DNA of 63,451 nt, counting the filler, from Choristocarpus tenellus KU-1152 (Eukaryota; Protista; Phaeophyceae): the NCBI GenBank assembly GCA_964200185.2. It is 9 parts of 9 records of this genome, joined end to end, with 100 filler letters (N's around TTAATTAATTAA, not from the genome) between each part and the next. Parts side by side here need not be neighbours in the genome. Positions count along the whole stretch, not along the records: positions 41,940 to 53,321 come from CAXNAD020002351.1; positions 53,422 to 57,373 come from CAXNAD020016964.1; positions 57,474 to 63,451 come from CAXNAD020009258.1; 6 more parts are not named here. One strand, 5' to 3'. Of this stretch, positions 48,875 to 62,800 are shown in pieces (position 1 is the first letter of the stretch; every line of letters starts with the position of its first letter). The notes beneath the pieces are model-generated. The model saw nothing but the letters and a program-made list of their open reading frames with translations, did no database searches and was not told the origin of the DNA. Made by a program: the position numbers and the translations under genes.

Positions 48875-50615
48875 GAAGCTGTCCATGAAATTCTAGGAAA
48901 GCCTTCAATTTTTGGAACTCATTCGTTAAATGGACAGAGTTAATTTCGTCGATATCCAAACCCTATCAACTTCTGACACCGAATTTGTTTTCGTTGAAAA
49001 GCTTGCTTCGAATATCCAAAGTCCACGTGGTAAGCACTACTACTACGAATTGTACACCTATATACCTGTGTTTGGACTATTGTTCCATCTGTCGTTTACC
49101 ACAAAATGTGGAATCCCAAATGAGGGCGCAAGGCTTCATTATGGAGCAACTCCAATACAGTCCCACCACAATATTGTTTGATCAAGTGGAGTGGGGAGTA
49201 GTGGGATTGATGGACCCGACAATGCGTAAGAAACTACTGGGCATAAACCAAGGCTGTACAACTAGCTGTAGTCACCAGGTACTTGGCTACATATACTCTG
49301 GACCAGTACATAGCATGAGAAGTAGTGCAGCAGTATGTAGTGCCTTTAAACTCCCTCTAAGATTGGATGGCTCGCTTATGGATCGGTATAGTGCAGGCTA
49401 AAGTAAGGAAATAAACATACTATGATATCGACATGACATTATTTTTTCTCGAAATTGTGGTTTCGACAATCCAAACCCTATTTGACAAGCTTCAAAGATT
49501 TGTGTACTGAACGCCCTTGTAGGTTAGGTGTGGTCTACCAGAAACCATCGTTGGAACACACATTTGAACCTGGTCTTGACAAGGATTTCTGTAAAAAAAA
49601 ATGTATTTGACGGACCACATGGTAAGCACAACGGAAGTAACACCTACACCCTCTTGTCTGTAGCTAAACCACAAAAAGAAAGAGCTTAGTTGTTTTTTTG
49701 GTGGCAATGGCTTTTATTGTGGACAGGCGAGTGCCGTGCAAGATTTGGGGAAGTGGAGCAATGATAATAATGGGATGGCTGAGCCCTAATGTGCAAGAAG
49801 AAATCAAGGCATGTACGAGGCAGTTCAACCAAGAGCAGGTGCATGTGGTGAAACAGTTATTCATAGTCAAAAAGGAGTGGTGAGGTCTGTGCCTGAAGTG
49901 ACGGAAGTATTCATACACACCAGTAAGTAGTGCATCTCTGCTTTGTCACTTTATCCTCTTCAAAGTGACTAACAAGAAATTCTTAACTACTAATGAAAGC
50001 ACCACAGACCAGGGCCTCGCCAGGCACCATAAAATATAACAACACGCCCTCTGAGCCAACCATCCCCTCACTAATGTCTAGGAATATGATTTGACCACAG
50101 GTAGACGGAAGCGAAGGTGGGTGTCTGACAATGGTTCCAAACATCAACTACCTCGCATCTAGTGGTTGCTATTGCTACTACTACCACTACTACAAGTTGT
50201 CATCGAAGCGGTAACATCTTCTGGGTTGACCAATTCTCTCCAGTTCAAAAGTCTTCAAGAGGACTGTTGGACCTGCTAATGTCGTGACAATAGGTTCCTA
50301 GAACAGTATGTACACCTGAGTCCCCTATACCCAAACAAATGACGGTATACTTTCTACATTGAGCATATTCGTCTATACGAGAGTAAAATATACTGAGAAG
50401 CAATAATGGTGCGTTTTTTTATTATATGTATCAAGTGTTTTTTTTGTTAAAGTATTGAAAACATAAGTAGGAAACAGACACTTCACAAGAATTTATTTCA
50501 CAGTGAGAAATAATTAATGTGAGCACATTATGTAGTAAGTTTTTTTTGTTAAAATATGGAGAACAGATCTCCAAAACGTATATTTCACAAAATATTCTTT
50601 CATATACTGAGTAAT

Positions 50616-50713
50616 GAGCCAAAGTAAGCGAGAGGTACCCAGGTTTGACCGTTTTGCACATACTTGTAAGCTCCTTAAATGCAGCCCTGGGCAACTCTTG
50701 TTTACTTTGACTC
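50616..50713. mobile_element. 98-bp mini-MITE with GAGCCAAAGTA / TACTTTGACTC ends
   Basis: Same terminal motif as family A; another right end at ~51825-51844. Confidence 0.6.
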
Positions 50714-51132
50714 AATCTATATATACAGTTCATAATTAAATAAGTACATTTCTTTGAAAAAAATCGAATACAGAACTAGAAAACAGACAACTCAAAATAT
50801 TTTTTAACATTGGGCACTGTGTATTATGGGCACATACAAAAAGCAAGGATGAGTATCAGACACCAAGGGTTATTAATGGCGTTCTCTTCAAGATGATTTG
50901 TACGCCATATGAAACCTACAATATCTGATTCATTGGGATAAACACCACATTTTAAAATTGGAGTATAATAAGTATACATGTGTATGCCCGCTGACATTTT
51001 GAAGAAGTTGTCAAAGAGGAACAAGGGAAATATTCCCGGCAAAGAATACAGTAGACACAACAATATCATCATTATTATTATACGTAAGGTGTGAATGAAA
51101 TGGTGAGATCACTTTTTTCTTCCCGACTCTAA

Positions 51133-51567
51133 CCCTAAGTTTTGCCCTCTTTGGCCGTTGGGGGCTTGGCTTCCCACGTTTTTTTTGCCCTTCTTCGGTT
51201 TTCTGTGTGAACGCAGTTGCCTAAAATGGATAGGATTATGAAAGGTGTGTCTGGACCAACGATATTGCCCCCAGGGCACAGGAGTANNNNNNNNNNGTGA
51301 AGTAACTGATAGATTAGTGGTTTCCACACTTACAGTGTTTTATAGTGTTCTCACGTTTAGGATATTTTATTTCTTTAGGGCTAATAACGACGTATCTATA
51401 GTTTTCATTGGTTTTCCCCCTGACGCATCATCTGTAAAAAGTCAGAGGGCATAATATCGACACTACTGGTTTAACAAACACGATAGCCAGAACTTACGAA
51501 AATCCCAACATTGGACATAATATGTTCCCGAACGGACGTGGCCCTACCCTCTTTAATGCTTTGACTC
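51133..51567. mobile_element. MITE A2 interrupted by repeat family B (spans a 10-N gap)
   Basis: A2 runs to GATATT (~51266) and resumes at ATATCGACAC (~51453), ending ATGCTTTGACTC. Confidence 0.65.
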
Positions 51568-52149
51568 TTGCGTGCTTGACAATGAGTCGAAGTAAACCAG
51601 AGGTACAAAGAGTTGGGATTTTAACGATGCTGACAAATATGTGAAAAAATTGACTTTTAAAAAATAAATGTGTACAGGATATTTTCTGAATCGTGTCGGA
51701 AAAATTAAAAAAATTGAGAAATAATCGATCTGAAGTTAAACTTAGAACTTCATCCACAGAAATATAGGCGAATCGCAAAAGAATGAAAAACTGGCTTATA
51801 GAGCAATACTCCCAAAACTGGATACCTCTTGTTTACTTTGACTCAATAACACCAAACACCAAACAGAAGAAGAACTGAATACAACACTAGAAGAAGGAGG
51901 GATATTTTTCCCGTGTAACTCTAAAGCGTATTTCACACTGCGAGCATATACCCTAGCGAAGCACAAGCCCATTAAAGAGACGGCATTTTCGAGTCCATTG
52001 GACTCAAGAGCTTAAAGACATATCGTTATCCCTGTGTGGGGAAGAAATCGCCGTGTCCTGAACCTCGTCTCCCGTTGGCACTCTACTCCTCATGCAAGGG
52101 TACCATAGTAGTTGATCTACTTTGGTGTCCTCTCTTTCCTTTCATGATT

Positions 52150-52600
52150 GCAGCATATTTTAACAGCGTGACAACATACCATGACTTGAATGTAGCACCC
52201 CTATATCGGTAAATATTTGATACTACAAGGAGGCCGGCTCAGAAGTAACTGGTACCATACTTGAACATACTATCCAATTACAAAACCGACCTCAAACATA
52301 TCATCTGTCTTGCATCCGGCACCTTTCACCCCCCTCTCAAAAGAAGAAACATCAACCGACTTTTCGGCCCCATCTCCTTGCACACCTTGCATGTATAGAT
52401 ATTCCACCTACCCACCAGAGGAACAAGAACATTTTTCAGCTGCCAGGACAAGGTACACTTAGATAAGCTACACTAGGCACCTGACCTATGGCCTGCAACA
52501 ATTCCGCCCCTCAGACAAACATCCCACTTCTACAAGACCGTATCATCACATCATTGTCAGGAGGTTATGTATCGGTACCATACTAAAAAATATCAACACC
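52150..52600 (+). mobile_element. Possible LINE AP-endonuclease relic
   Basis: LNVAP, TFFSCQDKVHLD and PYHHIIV weakly parallel NVYAP, TF...SRID and SDH motifs. Confidence 0.28.
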
Positions 52601-54327
52601 TTTCAAGGGTCTTAGATCCATTTCCACTTCCCAAACTAAACACAACACCTCCCCATTTACCTATCCTCGCCATAGAGGGAACTAGACTGGAACCCCCACC
52701 CCCAGTATTTGTTAGTTTGTTGGTACAAACAGCATTACTCCAAAGACAACAACAGTATATACATGACAAGCGTGATGCAACATGCCTCCGTTGAAGAGAG
52801 AACTACCGTTCTGAACTAATGCATCCATCCACAGCATTCCCACGTTCTATTGACAGCAATCCTGAATGTATTGATTACAGTTCCTGCATTACACCACTGG
52901 TATGATCCACAGCACCAATGACTTGAGGGAGCACACCATCCAACCCCACCACATCACAAAAAAATATAAAAAATCTTCTGGGTTGATGCCCANNNNNNNN
53001 NNGCACCCCCCACAACCCAACCCCCCATCCAAAAAAAAAATTAACCGTTATGTTGGGGTGGTCCCCCCCCCCCCCCCCCCCGGTGCCAGCTACCTACGAC
53101 ACACTTGAAGCATCAAATATGGTATTTTTTTATTTCCTCTCTTGATGTACACCTACTGCTACTATAATACCGTATACAACAGTGAAATAAAAAAATATAC
53201 TTCATACACCAAGAATTGAACTGAGACAGGGGGGAGGGGGGGGGGGGGGGGCGGGGGGCAGGGGGGAGGGGGCCACCGGCAAAAAACAAACAACACAAAA
53301 ACAAGGCCAAACGTAACCGCANNNNNNNNNNNNNNNNNNNNNNNNNNNNNNNNNNNNNNNNNNNNTTAATTAATTAANNNNNNNNNNNNNNNNNNNNNNN
53401 NNNNNNNNNNNNNNNNNNNNNGGCCAATGGTAAGGGGTATTGAAGAAAAATAAGATGGGGACATGGTGGGAGGGAAAATTATTAGGCTAGTTTTATTTTT
53501 TTAATTCACCCTTCGAAAAAAAAATTCCTGATATATTTTTAATTTTTGAGAAATATGTTAAAACTTTGTCCTTTTTTTTTTTAATGATTTTAAACTAAGG
53601 ACACAAAAGAGAGACTCACTCTGACCCTAACCCTACATTGAACAATTGATGGTACTGACGTGAAGATCAGCAACCCTTCTGTTGTGCCAAGGGGCGTTTT
53701 CATTGTACTCTTGCCTGCAGTAAGTAATTGTGTTACTTATTTAATTTGTGGAAAAAAACGGTTTTGAGGGACAAGTGTCATATCTTGGATTATTTGTATT
53801 GCAAATGCTAACCCTAACCCTAACCTTTTTTATTTAAAGCTTTTTTTGCAATATGTGCCCTATGTTTTGAAGGCCATTTTAAGCGTTAAATAAATAAAAA
53901 TTAATCCAGAAAAAAACTGAGTGAAGGTCTGTTCCTATTTTATATATATTGGAATAATCAGAATCCATTCACTAACAAACAAAAAATATTTGTTCCAAAA
54001 ATTTCCAATAGCTCAGATTTTTCTAATCCCTTTTTTTTTATTAAGATAATCCATTCCTATCTGCCCATGGTCTAGACCCCTATTAGAAAACAATAGAACC
54101 AGACTGTTCACAATTGATGGGACTGGGTTGAAAGACCCTGATATTATATATCATTTGTAGCCGAAGTCCCAGGGAGCTCGAGGTCTGGTGTTGTGTGGGG
54201 AGGCTTGTGTCCCTTGAATTATGCTTGTCGAGATAGAGTGGAATTATTGGTCTTGGGTCAATGACCTCAGGTGTGAGAAGGTAGTGGGATATAGAGAGGT
54301 TGTGCACAACCTACTTGACAACACAGT

Positions 54328-54361
<34 letters not shown>

Positions 54362-55341
54362 GTCTAAAAAGAGTCTGGTGAGAAATCAGCTTTCTACTTG
54401 TGAGAAATGCAACTGCTCTTCCCGACTGAAAACGCCTCCGAATTCTTTCAACTTCTGTTTGAAGTTTGACTCGATATGGTGGAGATCGCTTCATTGTTTA
54501 AGTAATATGGAGTATTGGAACAATCCAACGCGAGGAGAAAATAAATATATATATATATATATATATCAGAACACTTTTGAGCGGCTGAAAGGTGATTGTG
54601 ATTTTCGACAGCGAGAGCAGGCCCTAGTTCTTTTTCTCTTTCATCAGTTACTGATGATTTAAAAAATAAAATTTTATGAGTTGGGATCGTACAGAGGGGC
54701 GAGAAAGAAAGCCTGCGCAAGGTTGTTTTCCGGAACAAGTAGGGTTGCGTCATGTCATTTGCTCTGATTTGTCATGAATAGCCAAAAGCTCAAGGCGATG
54801 GGGCTCTTATTGGTGCAAGTGCCAAAACCCTCTACTTGCTGTTGGAATGATTGAAGCATGTACAGGGTGTGTGTGCTTCAGATTCCATCACTTTATTTTT
54901 TTCAAGAGCCAAGAGTGATGATAATAATAGTAATGGTGTAGTGTGACGAAGGGGTTGCTTTAGGTTATGGTACGTGTACCATTAAATCTCCTTGTATTTG
55001 AGCTGAGAAAAAATAAAAAGGCACTAAGATAATAATAATAATAATAATAATAATGGTAGCAGTCGTACTAGTAGTAGTGAGTACAAAAAAAGTACTTCTA
55101 TTTTTGCGTTACGTTGCACTCTATTTTATTTTTCTGAAAGAGTCAAGAGTAGGATAGTGCAATGTATGAAGGGCAGTATGTGTGTGTCACATCACATCAT
55201 TTCGTTTAATAGAGACGAGAAATATGACACTGCAATATAATAAGAAGCGAATTTTGTGTGTGTGTGTGTGTTACATCAGCTTATATTCGAGATTTTAGCC
55301 CATGGTTAATGAAGTGCATCTTGACCCTTTCAGTACTCCAG

Positions 55342-56971
55342 GAAGTGAAGGATACCTACGAGGATGTTCGTCGCCTGGAGGCGTCCATCATTGAGTTGCA
55401 CAAGATGTTTATGGACCTGGCTCTTCTTGTGGACCGTCAGGGGGAGATGCTCGATCAGATAGAGTTCCAGGTACAACACTATACATAGCCTGCTATTATT
55501 TTATTTTATTTCTAAGGCGTTTTTTTTTTTTTTTTTTAGTAGGGATGTAGGAGTGAGTGTAGAGGTTTGTGTCCAAAACTGTCTTGAAACTTCAACGCAT
55601 TACTTTTTGTTGCATAGCTGTTGCCTGCACAATTGTCATTTTTTTAATGCTCCTTCTTCTCACCCCTTGGAGGGTTTTCCTGCCTCCCCTGCAGCCCCCC
55701 CTCCCCCACCCACTGACTGACCAACCTTTGCCCAGCTCAGGCACAGTACGCAAGCATGTCGTGGTAATTGGGGAAGGGCTTCCTCCCTGACCCTTAAGTG
55801 TACACACCGGTGGTGATTGTTTTATGAAAAGCAAAAAAAAAAGGAGTAAAGGTTGAAATGGTTCTTGGTCTTGAAGGGGTCACGAAAACGTTTTGAAGGT
55901 AACGGTAGAAGAGAAAAGAAAGAAGTGATTTATTTCAACAGCAGTAGGGTTGTGAGGGGGTGAAGGAGGATTAAAGTTTAAAAGGATCGGTGTTGTGGCT
56001 CTTGAATTATCGGAGGAGGGGGTGGAGTCCCCTATGTTGACTAGAAGAGTTACCTGTCGAGTATAGCACGTGCGCTGTGAAGTAAAAAAAAAAGTTTTGA
56101 GACTGATTTTTTTTTTAATAGAGAATATATCTTACGGCTTCCTCAATAATTTTCCCCTGTTCAACCTTTTTTGGTATATGAAAGATAGTAGATTTTTTAT
56201 TTAACTAATAATGTTCTACTCCTGTTCAGTAGTGTGTGAAGCGCATGGTGGATTGTGCCTGCGTGCCCTGTGGGCCGACATTGGTTTCTCGTGGTGCCCT
56301 GTGGCTGCCACGAGCTGAAAATGGTGCATGTCAGTGCATCATGGGACTAGTGAACAAGGAGGTAGAGGCCAGGGCAACAGTGTAAGATACAAGATAAGGG
56401 TAAATGGTTCGCCTTTTTTTTGTGGCGGTTGTCCTTCCTAGCGCGGTCCTGGAAATTTCTTATTTCCAAAGACACTTCAAAATGGATAGTCAGAGAGTGG
56501 TATGAGAGTTATATATATTCAATTGCACCTGAATGGTTAAAATGGAACTGATTCTAAATACACTCTCAATCCACATACATATCGTATCGTCCCTTCTCAT
56601 AAACAAGCATAATAGATGTTCGTTTTTTAAGTGCCATGTAGTGCTTCCTAACCCCATGACACCAGCAAGAGTTTAAGCACTCTTGCTGGCCTATCCTTGC
56701 CTGTAATGTCATCACTAGCTGTTCATATCCTTACTGGCCCCTACTCTTGCTCCTACGGGGCGCCCCTGCACTGCTTCTCTCTCCCCCGCCACCTTCGATG
56801 GCCTTGTTCCTACAGGTGAAGTCAGCAGGAGATTACGTCAGGGATGCCAACACAGACATAGAGCACGCTATAGATAGCTCAAAAAAGATTCGTAAGCGCC
56901 AGTGCTGCATGATCATTATAGCCCTGGTCATCATTGCCATCATTATCCTTATCATTGTAGTGATGGCATAG
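55342..56971 (+). CDS. Syntaxin (Qa-SNARE, plasma-membrane type), last two exons
   Basis: Exons 55342-55470 and 56816-56971: EVKDTYEDVRRLEASIIELHKMFMDLALLVDRQGEMLDQIEFQ|VKSAGDYVRDANTDIEHAIDSSKKIRKRQCCMIIIALVIIAIIILIIVVMA*; zero-layer Q and C-terminal TM anchor. Confidence 0.95.
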
Positions 56972-57219
56972 CTCAATGGACGTTGCTCCAGCCGCAGGCG
57001 TTTGTTGTCGATGTCATCGCTGTCGTCGTCGTCCCCCCCCCCGTCCCCATCCCCGTCCCCCCACTTTTTGTTTTTTTGCTGAAGGAGATACGATTCAAAT
57101 CAGAGTAAGACTACAATTTATTTATTTTTTAAGGAAAGTGCAACGGAAGGGCCACTGTGCTGCTTGTACTGTTGATGAGTTGTTTGTGGGGTAGAGGAAG
57201 GTATCGCGGATTTTTTTTG

Positions 57220-57252
<33 letters not shown>

Positions 57253-57495
57253 GTCTCTGTCTCACTGGTGAGATTTTGGGCTTGTTGGAGATGTGTGCTG
57301 TTGTATAGCACTTCGAGTACAAGGTCGAAAAGATTTTGAGTGCTGCTGCACGAATCTTCCCCCTCCCCCCCCCNNNNNNNNNNNNNNNNNNNNNNNNNNN
57401 NNNNNNNNNNNNNNNNNTTAATTAATTAANNNNNNNNNNNNNNNNNNNNNNNNNNNNNNNNNNNNNNNNNNNNCCCCCCTCAGATACTTTGAGCC

Positions 57496-58250
57496 TGACT
57501 TGGACAGGGACCACCATCAACCTCCCAGGTAAGCCCACCACCAGATCTTCATCAGCAGCGGATGAAGTAGGTCTGCAACGAAAGAGAAAGGCTGAAGAAG
57601 CGTTTCCAATACTTCTTATTGCAGGAAGCTGAGATGAAGCACCTTCATGACCAACAGCTCGAACGATGACTGGAGCAGGATAATAACGATTTCCTACTAC
57701 TGCAGAAAAGGAAGGAGAGGCGCTCCGGGCAAGACCTGGAACTCAGAGAAAGATTGCTTATCTTGCATCAGCAGCAGCACCTGGAGGTGGAGGAGCATTT
57801 TGATATTCATAATGTTGTGGTTATTGGAGCATTTTAAGGGCCTACAGTGTGTGAAAGTTGATCTTGCTGTGGGTGAGGTGCTTTGTAGTTTGCAACAATT
57901 GGGGGTTGAGGTAGGTTATACACCTTCTCAGTGTCCTGGAGCTCCTACCCCTCCACCTCCAGGTGCTGCCGCTGATGCAAGATAAACAATCTTTGCCTGA
58001 GTTCCAGGTCTTGCTCGGAGTGCCTCTCCTTCTTCCTCTTCTATGGTAGTAGGAAATCGTTCTTATCCTGCTCCAGTCTTCGCTCAAGCTGTTGGTCATG
58101 AAGGTGCTTCATCCCAGCTTCCTGCAATAAGAGATCTTGGAGATGCTTCTTCAGCCTTTCTCTTTCCTTGCAGACCTACTTCATCCGCTGCTGATGAAGA
58201 TCTGGTGGTGGGCTTACCTGGGAGGGTGATGGCGGTCCCTATCCAAGTCA
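57496..58250. repeat. Inverted duplication: arms 57496-57793 and 57950-58250
   Basis: The arms are diverged reverse complements; ORF-track peptides 57647(+) and 57842..58099(-) mirror each other. Confidence 0.93.
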
Positions 58251-58567
58251 CAGGATATAATATGAAGATAGCATGGGCTTTGCTTGTTTCAAACATCGAC
58301 ACACCCGTGGGGCTTGAAGAGATGTAGATTGTGCACACTCCCCCTTCAAGTACACTGTAAGGCGAGAACCTGAATGCAATTGGATATGCCCGTTCTGTAC
58401 AATGGTCCCAACCCCTTGCACAGGACAATTTCACAAGCAAGGAAGCACCATCTACGGCTCTACTACCACTGGGAAAGGGTGCCTGTAAAGGTGGCATCTT
58501 TGCATCTTTGTTTTAGTGAACGCATGGGTCATGAATGGACTGAGAAAAAGACACAACTCCATCCCAA

Positions 58568-58604
<37 letters not shown>

Positions 58605-58799
58605 GCGCTTTCAATGAACGAGGCTTGCAACACAATTCTGCAGAAGACATTCCACCAATGGAGTAACGAGAACTCCATGAAGGTGGCATGCACTGCAGTG
58701 TCTACCGAGAAACAGCGCACATTTGTCCTACCACACACTGAGGAGTACATGACTGAACGAGGAGTTGTGCCCTGAGGATATGTGAGAGTCAACGCATTC

Positions 58800-59900
58800 A
58801 AGACTATATATCATACAGAAGGAGAAAATAGAACTTGTTGGAGACTCATCACATACTTTCCCATCTCCCTTACTGCTCTGCCAAGTCAGCAGAAAACCTT
58901 TATATTTCTGAAAGTAGTCTCCAGTCTGATTTTCCCACACTCCCATTTAAACATTTCACGCTCCTCATTGAAAGGGTTGAGGCGAATGTGCCGTAGTTCA
59001 ACTGTGCTTTGCATCATCAGCTGGTGGTGCCAGCGATCTTGTTGCTCAGCTTCTTCTGAACATAGCTCCGTATCATTCTCCTGCGCAATCTCATACTCCC
59101 AAAGGTGCTTCTCTCGCAAGAGGAGAAGGTTCCACTCCTGTTGAGAACACAGGTTTCGGGTATCTTGGATGGCCCGCTCACCAACACACTCGTCCTGTGT
59201 AAGAGGTACTCTCCTCCTTTGTGCCTTAGCTGCACTCTTTTGTCACAACTGTTCCAGTTTAAGGAACTTGTGGTGCCAGCTGTCGAATTTCTCACAGAGT
59301 CCATTTCCATCATTGTGGGCACTAGGCAAGGTCAGGCAATGCCTCTTTCCGGTCCCAGAAGAGGTTGCTCCTTGCACAGGCTTGGAGGGGTTGGTGCTGC
59401 CCATGATACTCATCACCGCCTGCCTGACTGCAGAGCACCCTGCACCCGGTTCTTTCTGATACATTGCTAAGATTAGTGGCACAGACAGTAATGGGAAAGC
59501 CTTAGACATCATGTCTAAGATCAGTGCATTGGAAAGGGAGAGGATTCAACTTCTATCTGGAGTGTTCGCTAGGTTAAACCCTGTTGCACAAGGTATTTGT
59601 AGGGAGGGAATACAAGTGACTTGTCACAAGGACAGTGTGTGTTGCTACTCTCTAAACAGAATTTTCCACACAGCAGTACTGTGTCTTCTTCTTTTTTTTG
59701 AAAAATTCGTGCTCACCCCCATTCTATGCTTCTTTTCCGTGGGGAGTGTTAATCCGCAGGTATTTGGCTTACCCCTCCTAACATTGACCATTAGGCACAT
59801 TCAAGGTTGTTGAGAGCACCGCCCTTGGGTTGAGATTGGTACTTTTCGCCACGGTAGCTAACCCACAATCTCGTTTGGGTAATTGCTTCCAGCCCATGAA
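58800..59900 (-). mobile_element. Degenerate non-LTR retrotransposon (possibly CRE-like) relic
   Basis: VQQG (~59585) and QEWNLLLLR...ELCSEEAEQQD (~59140-59030) resemble RT and post-RT motifs. Confidence 0.4.
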
Positions 59901-60689
59901 AAGCATCATAGACTCTCTCATAAAAATACACAATCATTCTTTCACTCAAGAGGAGACATTACCTGTGTTTGTTCTTCCAGTCGTCATTTGCGACGTTTCA
60001 CCAGTAGTACAGATGTAGGTGCAGTTGATGCAGGTGTAGTTGACATAGTACTGCCTGAGGCTGGCTGGGGAAGTGGAGGTTGGTGTGTCCACATTGCCGA
60101 CACCTGAGCTGCCACTGCTGGGACCATTGAGATATGATGATAATGTAGGAACTGCAATACCTGTGCCTGATGGGTGGGTCAGTGGTGGACACTGTGAGAA
60201 TGGATTGGATTGGGCTGTATTGTCGATGGTGCATATCTTCGCAAACGTCACGATCTCTGAGTATATACATACACATGTATATACTGTGAGCACGTAAACT
60301 GCTCTGCTGGAAGGATTGACATTTTTGTCATATTAGAGTATCCAGTCGTGTCCCTCACACCACCACATGGTTTGGATTACTATAATAATAATCTGATTCA
60401 GGTAGGAGAGAATAATATTATCATTCACTGCCATTGGCCCTAGTAACAGGTGTTGTTACAATAATATAATAATATAAGGATATTGCAGGGATTGATGGTC
60501 TCCATATATTATTTTGGCTTGGTGTTGATGATAATGTACTCAGGACAAAAAACACGTACTCAAATCCAAAGGATGGTGAACAGAGGTGGACTGTGGCGAG
60601 GCAGGTCATCCTAGAGTCACCAGCTCTGGTAGGAGGGGGAGTTTAACCCATACATGGGATTCGGTGGTGAAGGTTTATGCTGTGCATGG

Positions 60690-62800
60690 TCAAGCAGGAC
60701 AGCACACAACGAAATATCTCAGCTTATTGTGCAGTTCTTGATGTCTGAGAATGACTCCATCACATTGATCGTGAGTTAACCTTGGTATTAGCATCCAACG
60801 ATGGAGTTTGACCGAAAAGAGGCGACAAAATGATGTAGAGAAACTCACAGCATGGTGCATCGAGGCCTGGAGATAGGCACAGGGGCACAGATGAACTATG
60901 ATAAGGCCCGAGCTAATCATTGAGAGGCATGGATGCTGGCACTATACTCTCTTACTTGGGTGTGAACCTACAAGCAAATTTATAGTATGCCCAATACAGA
61001 TCTAATTTCTGTAATATTGTGAGGCTGAAGAATTTGTGTCTCACCAATTCATATACCAGCACTAGGAATTGTATGACCTAAACAGTCCACATTTGCTGGA
61101 CCAAAGTATATCTTAGATGGTCATAAGGCCAATCCTGCTGGGTAACGTGGAAAAAACATGCACAAAAATCAGTTGCAAAGAGGGTTCACAGGAAGAAGAA
61201 AATGTCACAAGATTATCCAAACAACAGAGAAGTCCTGAACTGGTGCAAACGTCTGGTAAGGCAAGGGGCATCATGCATTGAAACAACCAAGCGAGACGTA
61301 TTTGTGATGCCAAAAGGCTTTCCATTAAAAACAAACCCTGCCTTATGAGAGACAATACTGTCTTCAATATCACCTGGAGTCGTTGGAAGCTGGTGGTACG
61401 CAGATTGAACGTCTGCTGTGGTTACGGACTTTGCAGCTCCAATGGAATCCAGATGTGCCTCAGCGGATGACATAGGCTTAAGTCTTCAAAATATTTCTCT
61501 TATTAAAAGTGACACTGTAATCCATACAAAATGTCAGAGTGCGGTCTTTCTTGGTCAGAATGGTAACAGTTGAGATCCAAGGACATGGTCGTTGTTCAAC
61601 AACGGACAATAAGCTCATCAGTAGCATCCCTATCACGGGAGTTGACTGCACAATATATATATGTAAACATCTTCTCAGAGTGCTAAGGAAAAAAAAATTG
61701 TTGAGACATCAATGGCAGCCACTGTGCTCGATTTTGGACGCCTTGCTAGAAAGACGACACACAATGAGAAGGTGGTAATTCAACATCGCAGCTAACGAAA
61801 GAAAGAGTTTCAGAGCGCCAGTTATAACTGGATCCAATTGCATATATCTTGTTCAGGGTCTAAGCCTGGAACAACCAAATCCTCGACAAGGTGAGCGATA
61901 TCATCTAGTTGAAGTGAGAATCGAATAAATCCACAAAAGGGATGCATAGCATCACCGCGTAAATTATTAGATTAGTTATGTTCGGGTCTCTAAATGTCCT
62001 CGCCAAGACTTCTTACGTGCGCCTCGTTGAGTTGCAGTAGTTTCAAAGGTCTAGTTGTTGGTTCAAACAAAGCAATCGCAATTTCTGAGCCATATTTCAG
62101 AGGATAAGAACCTTTAGAAGCACACTCTACTGCTGAGACAAGACGTGTTTGAAATTGTCGAGATTTGACACTAAAAGCTCCTACGATTTCTGAGTGATGT
62201 ATGTCCACTGGCGACCATACTCAGCTACTGCATCTGCAGTCAGGCCATGGTGATTGGTTGAAAGCCGTCTTCAAATCGTACCAGGAACGTGGCGTAATAA
62301 TGGGGAGAGGATGAGAGGATTGTTTAACTCAGCTGGAGTTTGAATAGCAGCTACATGTGATGGTGAGCACCATTCGACATCTCCCCGAAAAGACTGCTGG
62401 CAAAGAAATCTGGCCTGTGGTCTTAAAATATGGGGGAGGCCTTGAAGACACGCAGCAGAGACAGTCTCATCATCTTGAATGTAAAGGGGCAATTGTGGTC
62501 TTACCATGACCTCAAAGTTGTCAAGCATACGTTCTCTATGACAGAAGTACTCCGAAGATCAGGGGGTAGCTCTCGAAAAGAGATCCTAGATCGAATGCGT
62601 CTATCCTCAATGGAAATATCCCCGTCTTCAACTTCTTCCAGCTTGGGAAAAGGACTGCTCGAAAGTAGAGAGGAAACGCCAGATTTCTGCTTCCTTTCTT
62701 CTTCAATCCTTTGCCCTTGGCAAATCTGGTCAAAATGTCACTAACTTCTTGCGAGAGGAACATCTCTGACAATCCCAATACTCGAGGCTGGTTGTCATCC
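60690..62800 (-). mobile_element. Ty3/Gypsy LTR retrotransposon pol relic (RT ~61050-61620, RNase H ~60700-60950)
   Basis: PCPWISTVTILTKKDRTLTFCMDY, LDSIGAAKSVTTADVQSAYHQLP, FNGKPFGITN, LFQCMM and CCLDNLVTFS occur in canonical Gypsy RT order with frameshifts; outer limits uncertain. Confidence 0.8.

Noticed and set aside
59946-60297. Ser/Thr/Gly-rich ORF as a gene
   Set aside because: No motif or convincing splice pair; lies between retroelement relics.
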